This document shows, one piece after another, positions 61,301 to 64,000 of a DNA stretch of 64,000 nucleotides. This stretch comes from Heptranchias perlo. Taxonomy: Eukaryota. The notes under the pieces were generated by a model. The model saw only the letters and a program-made list of their open reading frames with translations. It was not told the DNA's origin and made no database searches. Positions within the stretch are counted from its first letter, which is position 1, and the number at the start of each line of letters is the position of its first letter. The stretch lies in contig NC_090359.1 of NCBI RefSeq assembly GCF_035084215.1, positions 24,800,001-24,864,000 of the forward strand, given 5' to 3'. The position numbers and the translations under genes were made by a program.

Positions 61301-63383
61301 AACAACTTGTATTTATATAGCACCTTTAACGTAGTAAAACGTCCCAAGGGGCTTCACAGGAGTGATTATCAAACAAAATTTGACACCGAGCCACATAAGA
61401 ACATATTGGGACAGGTGACCAAAAGCTCAAAGAAGCTACTTTTTTGGTCAAGTTGGTCGGGTTTAGGGAGCGTCTTAAAGGAGGAGAGAGAGAGAGGTTT
61501 AGGGAGGGAATTCCAGAGCTTAAGGCCTAGGCAGCTGAAGGCCTGGCCGCCAATGGTGGAGCGAAGGAAATCGGCAAAGCGCAAGAGGGCAGAATTTGAG
61601 AAGTGTGGTGATCTCGTAGGGCTGGAGGAGGTTGCAGAGGTAGGGAGTTTTTTAAAAAGAATTTCTGCATTGAAGATGTGACAATGTAGCTTATCTGTTT
61701 GCTTTGCAAAAATCCTTAAGATCATAATTGACTACTCATTAGCACCGAAGGTTTTCCACCTTTATTAGTTCTCACGCCCTGTGTGAGAATCTCTGGTGTT
61801 CCCGAGACAGCGGTCATGCGATCAGGATATTGTCTGTTGGCATTTCATGTCGCTCCTTGCTTTCGAGGGAGGCGGGCCCACCCTTCGCTGTGCGACTCTC
61901 CCTAGCGGCGCAAATGAGATGCGCGCTCCGCGGAATAACCTCTGCCGCAAACATCGACAAACGAGCCTGCGGTTAATTTCCAAGTAAAGAACGCGGTTAA
62001 CCGCCGGCGTGAAACCAAACGGTCCGAGACACGGGACGCCCCCCGGCTCCCAACGCACCGTGCCCCTGAGCTGCCTCACTGCAAGTCCCACTCCAGAGAC
62101 TTGAGCACATAATCCCAGGCCGACACTCTCTCAGTGCCGGTACTGAGGGAGCGCTGTGCTGTCGGAGGTGCCGTCTTTCAGATGAGACGTCAAACCGAGG
62201 CCCCCGTCTGCCCCTCTCGGGTGGACGTAGAGGATTCCCACGGACAATATTTCGAAGAAGAGCAGGGGAGTTCTCCCCCGGTGTCCAAAGTCCGCATTAA
62301 TCCCTCTACCAACATCACTAAACCAGATTATCAGATCATTATCACGTTGCTGTTTGTGGGACCTTGCTGTGCGCAAATTGGCTGCCACGTTTCCTACATT
62401 ACAACAGTGGCTACACTTCAAAAAAGTACTTCATTGGCTGTAAAGCGCTTTGGGACGTCCTGAGGTCGTGAAAGGCCCTAGATAAATGCAAGGTTCTTTT
62501 TTGCTGTTTGTCACCCCAAGATTAAGGATTAGCTTTTAATTCTGTTCGAACATGTGGGCGATATTGTGGTATTGCGGACCCCACTCGGGTTAAGTGAACA
62601 CCTCCGATCCTTTGGGCACCAGCTGACCCACACTGATGACTGATGCTCTGTCACTCCGCCTCCAGTGCCCTGCGCCAGCCTGTTGGCAGGATCCATTTTG
62701 CGGGGACGGAATTGGCCGATGAGTGGATTGGTTACATGGACGGGGCAGTGCAGTCGGGCGAGAGGGCGGCTCGAGAGGTGAGTGGACCTCTTCTTAGTTA
62801 AGGACGCACGTGGTTTGGGGGAGGGGATCGATGGGATGTGACTGCCCTAACCCTGGTGGGTTTGAGATGGTTTATCACTGGCAAGCCCCTCCTTGGTCTT
62901 GAGCAGGTAATCTGGGGCTGGCACTCTGGGGCAGTACCGAGGGAGTGCTGTGCGAGCCCCAATACTGTCTTTGCCCGACTTTCCAGCCGGGGCATCGCGT
63001 GGTTAACGCTGGCTGATCGCTGCCCCCACGAGCCAAGAGGTCCTGAGGTCAATTGTACGGTCCGCCATTGCTGCCTGGATGCAGTCGGCTGACCGGGCGC
63101 AGACTGGGGACAGAATCTGGCACATTCTCGTGTGAATCTTAGAACAACTAGCAAGTAATCAAAGACAATAACGTCTCCATGTTTACAGATATTGCTCGAG
63201 CTCGGAAAAATTCCCGTGGATGAAACCTTCCAGCCTGAACCACCACCACCCGCTGACGTCTCGCTCAACCCGACGGAGAGCTCCTGGTTGACGGGCGCGC
63301 TGCCCTCAGTAGACACCCTCCTACGATTCGGTGGGATTGCCCTAGCTGCTGGCCTGGCCTGGTTTTTCCAGTCAAAGCTTTGA
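25363..63383 (+). CDS. MAO: Flavin-containing monoamine oxidase-like protein (divergent MAO paralogue), 13 coding exons, 509 aa
   Basis: join(25363..25399,31694..31788,44719..44856,45877..45981,48198..48289,49746..49887,50821..50973,52791..52950,55485..55629,56466..56523,58529..58626,62666..62777,63189..63383) = 1530 nt, all GT-AG, in frame; [56 protein letters not shown]. Confidence 0.95.
25735..26448 (-). mobile_element. LINE 3' fragment, same family as 23669-24581
   Basis: ORF 25880..26356 is nearly identical to the C-terminal part of ORF 23531..24436. Confidence 0.88.
26470..26935 (+). mobile_element. CR1 3' fragment
   Basis: ORF 26473..26856 is the CR1 ORF2 C-terminus. Confidence 0.9.
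27520..27805 (-). mobile_element. DeuSINE fragment
   Basis: tRNA-like head and central domain as in the other copies. Confidence 0.75.
28030..28490 (+). repeat. G-rich low-complexity tract (GGGGTTAGCGGG / GGGGT units), G-quadruplex-prone
   Basis: Dozens of G3-G7 runs with short loops. Confidence 0.85.
29388..31036 (-). mobile_element. 5'-truncated CR1 (same family as the intact element at 38139-43795) nested in an older CR1 tail (~29030-31220)
   Basis: ORF 29690..31069 is almost identical to the RT of 40763..43711; host GTTGAGGCGAATATCAT|...|ATGGATGCATTTAAGGGG is split. Confidence 0.93.
31694..31788 (+). CDS. MAO: MAO-like exon 2 (LSAAKLL...[15 protein letters not shown])
   Basis: ttccag| acceptor, CAT|GTGAGA donor, 95 nt. 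Confidence 0.95.
31884..32522. repeat. 67-bp minisatellite, ~9.5 copies
   Basis: GGGTTAGATACAGAGTAAAGCTCCCTCTACACTGTCCCATCAAACACTCCCAGGGCAGGTACAGCAC in tandem. Confidence 0.95.
35001..36432 (-). mobile_element. 5'-truncated CR1 nested in the host CR1
   Basis: ORF 35084..36385 is an uninterrupted RT; (TATGACTC)n tail; GTCA on both flanks. Confidence 0.93.
37033..37624 (-). mobile_element. One-ended PIF/Harbinger fragment with a Myb/SANT exon
   Basis: Terminus GGGCCCGATTTTAGG, TATTTAAAG, then [12 protein letters not shown]...AWLEVAEEV...[16 protein letters not shown]|GTGAGT. Confidence 0.72.
38150..39500 (+). repeat. 5' UTR tandem monomer array of the CR1 (~22 units of ~53-73 bp)
   Basis: GAGCGGAGGGAGCGTCCGATAAAAGGCGGGATTTCAGAGCGCTGAG(AACAGCTGAG)AGGAGCC repeated. 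Confidence 0.93.
39816..40763 (+). CDS. CR1 ORF1p: Zn-finger, leucine zipper and SGNH esterase
   Basis: CSSC...CGKC; [11 protein letters not shown]; GDS, GTND, DGLH esterase blocks. Confidence 0.92.
   Translation: MAGDPRAVSCSSCEMWEFRAPSCIPDSFTCGKCVQLQLLFDRLTALELRMDSLWSIRDAEKVVDSTFSELVTPQIKITEGDSEWVTNRQRKSRKAVQGSPAVISLQNRYTVLDTVGGDGSPGEGGSGQVHGTVAGSTAQEGRKKSGRAIVIGDSIVRGIDRRFCGRNRDSRMVCCLPGARVKDVSERLQDILEGEGEQPVVVVHIGTNDIGKKQDEVLQAEFRELGVKLKSRTSKVVISGLLPVPRASQSRNDRIAKMNTWLERWCKREGFKFLGHWNRFWGRWDQYKLDGLHLGRTGTNVLGGVFASAVGEGLN
40763..43711 (+). CDS. CR1 ORF2p: AP endonuclease and reverse transcriptase
   Basis: NARS, ITETW, YRPP, GDFN, SDH; [31 protein letters not shown]; no stop in 982 aa. Confidence 0.96.
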   Translation: MWQGDGNRCRKSVGNKMVTETKGSKGECTEHDRTDGLRKQGKDQGKSRLNCIYFNARSLMGKADELRAWMGTWDWEVIAITETWIREGQDWQLNVPGYRCYRKDRAGGKRGGGVAFLIRENITAVVRGDISEGSPTKSIWVELKNKKGEITLIGLYYRPPNSQREIEEQICKEITDSCKKNRVVIVGDFNFPNIDWDSHSIRGLDGEKFVECIQEEFLIQYVDGPTREGAKLDLLLGNKEGQVTEVLVRDHFGTSDHNSISFKIAMEKDRSGPKVKILNWGKANFDGIRQELSEVDWESLLAGNGTSGKWEAFKSVLTRVQGKHIPYKVKGKAGRSREPWMTREIEALVKKKKEAYDMHRQLGSSGSLEEYRDCRSRVKREIRRAKRGYEIALADQAKVNPKSFYKYIKGKRVTRERVGPLKDQQGHLCAEPQEMGEILNEYFTSVFTVEKSMDVRELGEINSDVLRSVHITEREVLEVLTRIKVDKSPGPDEMYPRTLWEVREEIAGPLAEIFESSTATGEVPEDWRVANVVPLFKKGGREKPGNYRPVSLTSVVGKLLEGILRDRIYRHLERQGLIRNSQHGFVRGKSCLTNLIEFFEGVTKKIDEGCAVDVVYMDFSKAFDKVPHGRLLHKVKSHGIQGEVANWIQNWLDDRRQRVVVEGCFSNWMPVSSGVPQGSVLGPLLFVIYINDLDENLGGMVSKFADDTKIGGIVDSEEGYLGLQRDLDQLGQWADEWQMEFNLDKCEVMHFGRSNRARTYSVNGRALGRVIEQRDLGVQIHSSLKVESQVDGVVKKAFGMLGFIGQNIECRSWDVLLKLYRALVRTHLEYCVQFWSPYYRKDIIKLERVQKRFTRMLPGLDGLTYRERLDRLGLFSLESRRLRGDLIEIYKIMRGIDKVDSQNLFPKVGESITRGHRFKVRGERYKRVQRGNFFTQRVVSVWNELPEAVVEAGTILSFKKHLDSYMGKMGIEGYGPSAGNWD
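44385..44549. other. Assembly gap (165 N)
   Basis: N run following a CT-rich tract. Confidence 0.99.
44719..44856 (+). CDS. MAO: MAO-like exon 3 ([26 protein letters not shown]...)
   Basis: ggcag| acceptor, CAG|GTAAAT donor, 138 nt. Confidence 0.95.
45877..45981 (+). CDS. MAO: MAO-like exon 4 ([24 protein letters not shown]...)
   Basis: tttcag| acceptor, GAG|GTGCGT donor, 105 nt. Confidence 0.93.
46560..47465. repeat. Alternating purine-pyrimidine minisatellite (31-bp unit CACAAACGCGCGCGCGCACGTACATGCGTGC, plus CA tracts)
   Basis: Directly visible; explains the repetitive ORFs in all six frames. Confidence 0.93.
47680..48105 (+). mobile_element. tRNA-derived SINE (second family)
   Basis: GAGTTCAAATCCC B box, GGGAAGGAAACCTGCCGTC core, CTCACCACCA...TAGGGATGGGC tail. 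Confidence 0.78.
48198..48289 (+). CDS. MAO: MAO-like exon 5 ([31 protein letters not shown])
   Basis: ttgcag| acceptor, GA|GTACGG phase-2 donor, 92 nt. Confidence 0.93.
48636..49441. repeat. 26-bp C-rich minisatellite (CTCCCTCTCCCTCCCTCCCTGGCGCG), ~30 copies
   Basis: Directly visible; the G-rich minus strand is G4-prone. Confidence 0.95.
49746..49887 (+). CDS. MAO: MAO-like exon 6 ([22 protein letters not shown]...SGGAQ)
   Basis: ggcag| acceptor, CAG|GTGAGG donor, 142 nt. Confidence 0.93.
50390..50700 (+). mobile_element. DeuSINE, preceded by a minus-strand CR1 tail (~50095-50360)
   Basis: tRNA head GGTTCAAACCCC and central domain. Confidence 0.8.
50821..50973 (+). CDS. MAO: MAO-like exon 7 ([16 protein letters not shown]...)
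   Basis: ttgcag| acceptor, GTG|GTGAGG donor, 153 nt. Confidence 0.93.
51443..52735. repeat. 80-bp minisatellite, ~16 copies
   Basis: GACAGTGTGAGGGAGAGGGATTAACATCAGTAGAGATACAGTCAGTAACACAGGGCGCTGGGGGAGAGGGGTTACTGAGT in tandem. Confidence 0.95.
52791..52950 (+). CDS. MAO: MAO-like exon 8 (GRFAISAVP...[22 protein letters not shown])
   Basis: ccctag| acceptor, G|GTAAGT donor, 160 nt. Confidence 0.95.
53070..54270. mobile_element. Head-to-head inverted pair of CR1 3' fragments
   Basis: Minus copy ~53070-53628 and plus copy ~53731-54270, same family. Confidence 0.88.
54360..54880 (+). mobile_element. Degenerate CR1 3' fragment abutting a minus-strand CR1 tail
   Basis: ORF 54441..54878 ([25 protein letters not shown]...WNSLP). 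Confidence 0.8.
54945..55400 (+). mobile_element. Near full-length DeuSINE
   Basis: GGCTCAGTGG A box, GGTTCGAGTCCC B box, central domain, tail ...CTATATAAATGCAAGTC. Confidence 0.85.
55485..55629 (+). CDS. MAO: MAO-like exon 9 (equivalent to MAOA/B exons 9+10)
   Basis: [48 protein letters not shown]; ccag| acceptor, AG|GTCAGA donor, 145 nt. Confidence 0.93.
56466..56523 (+). CDS. MAO: MAO-like exon 10 ([19 protein letters not shown])
   Basis: Long pyrimidine tract then actag|, AAT|GTGAGT donor, 58 nt; phases 2/0 fit the neighbours. Confidence 0.92.
56620..58290 (+). mobile_element. Degenerate CR1 RT fragment with an internal inverted segment
   Basis: ORFs 57059..57277, 57211..57591 and 57694..57921 (KSPGPD, YRPISL, QHGF, FADD) with frameshifts. 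Confidence 0.9.
58529..58626 (+). CDS. MAO: MAO-like exon 11 ([33 protein letters not shown])
   Basis: SGGCY covalent-FAD motif; cttcag| acceptor, GA|GTGAGT donor, 98 nt. Confidence 0.96.
58776..61207. repeat. 33-bp minisatellite (GGGATACACTCACTCCCCAGTGACCCAGTGTGT), ~72 copies
   Basis: Directly visible; units vary mainly by +/- GT. Confidence 0.97.
62080..62500 (+). mobile_element. DeuSINE
   Basis: Central domain and L2-like tail as in the other copies. Confidence 0.85.
62666..62777 (+). CDS. MAO: MAO-like exon 12 ([37 protein letters not shown])
   Basis: ctccag| acceptor, GAG|GTGAGT donor, 112 nt. Confidence 0.96.
63189..63383 (+). CDS. MAO: MAO-like exon 13 (equivalent to MAOA/B exons 14+15), ends ...LAWFFQSKL*
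   Basis: tttacag| acceptor; ILLELGKIP...QPEP...LPSV...hydrophobic tail; TGA at 63381-63383. Confidence 0.93.
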   Translation: MLLELGKIPVDETFQPEPPPPADVSLNPTESSWLTGALPSVDTLLRFGGIALAAGLAWFFQSKL

Positions 63384-63514
63384 AGAGGTGGGCCTGTACC
63401 ATCTACCACTACAGGGGGGGGGGATTGGGAAGGCACAGCGGCGAGGCAGAAGGCAACAGAACATTTTGCCACAAGGGTCGTCTTCACATCAAACTATCCA
63501 GCTGGGAATGGAAG

Positions 63515-63750
63515 ACTTTTTTTATTCAGCCTTGGGTGGTGGGGGTCTGGAACTCACTGCCTGAAAGGGTGGTAGGGGCAGAAACCCTCAACTCATTTAA
63601 AAAGTACCTGGATGTGCACTTGAAGAGCCATGACCTACAGGGCTACGGACCCAGTGCTGGAAAGTGGGATTAGGCTGGGTGGCTCATTTTCGGCAGGAGC
63701 GGACACGATGGGCCGAATGGCCTCCTCCCGTGCCGTAAGCTTTCTATGAT
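63515..63750 (+). mobile_element. CR1 3' tail within the MAO-like 3' UTR
   Basis: [13 protein letters not shown]...FKKYLD...GYGPSAGKWD plus the GGGCCGAATGGCCT tail. Confidence 0.85.
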
Positions 63751-64000
63751 CGGATCTCACATCAGGCCAAAGTTCCTTTTTGTTTTTAAAATCTCTGATT
63801 CAAACTTGGCAGGGCAACTCCGTTAATTGATGGAATTTCTTCTTGGCAAGCAGAAGATAAGCCAAACTTAATTTTCCAATCGTTTGGGCAGCTGGTATCT
63901 ATCAGTTGTATGAACCAGGAAAGTGTAGAATGAGAGACGGCCATTCAGCCCATCTAGGCAATTCCTTCAACGGATCATATGCCATCCACTCCATCATGGA

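Noticed and set aside
25363-63383. IL4I1/LAAO or PAOX/SMOX identity for the oxidase
   Set aside because: No signal peptide; SGGCY, the exon sizes and the C-terminal hydrophobic tail are MAO-type

Overview
Eukaryotic, intron-rich and repeat-dense DNA. The CR1, L2 and DeuSINE repertoire points to a cartilaginous fish (shark); this is an inference. Two complete + strand genes could be assembled by hand with GT-AG junctions and consistent phases. (1) A 218-aa single-IgV, B7/butyrophilin-like surface protein (exons 10793-10850, 16742-17107, 17826-18058) with a signal peptide, a polar stalk and a C-terminal hydrophobic tail but no cytoplasmic domain, so probably GPI-anchored. kB-like and IRF-like motifs surround it. 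(2) A 509-aa flavin monoamine-oxidase-like gene (13 coding exons, 25363-63383). It keeps GxGxxG, SGGCY and the aromatic-cage tyrosines, has remodelled substrate-cavity residues, lacks two introns of MAOA/MAOB and ends in -SKL. A CpG island near 5.2-6.0 kb holds a candidate first exon of a minus-strand gene running off the left edge. The rest is mobile DNA: many CR1 LINEs, including a nested stack in MAO intron 2 that contains one full-length element with two intact ORFs; L2 and other LINE fragments; two tRNA-derived SINE families; Harbinger-derived Myb/SANT remnants; several minisatellites; and a 165-N gap. Exon coordinates were read base by base. Repeat boundaries are approximate, and comparisons to human MAO are from recall, not from a computed alignment.
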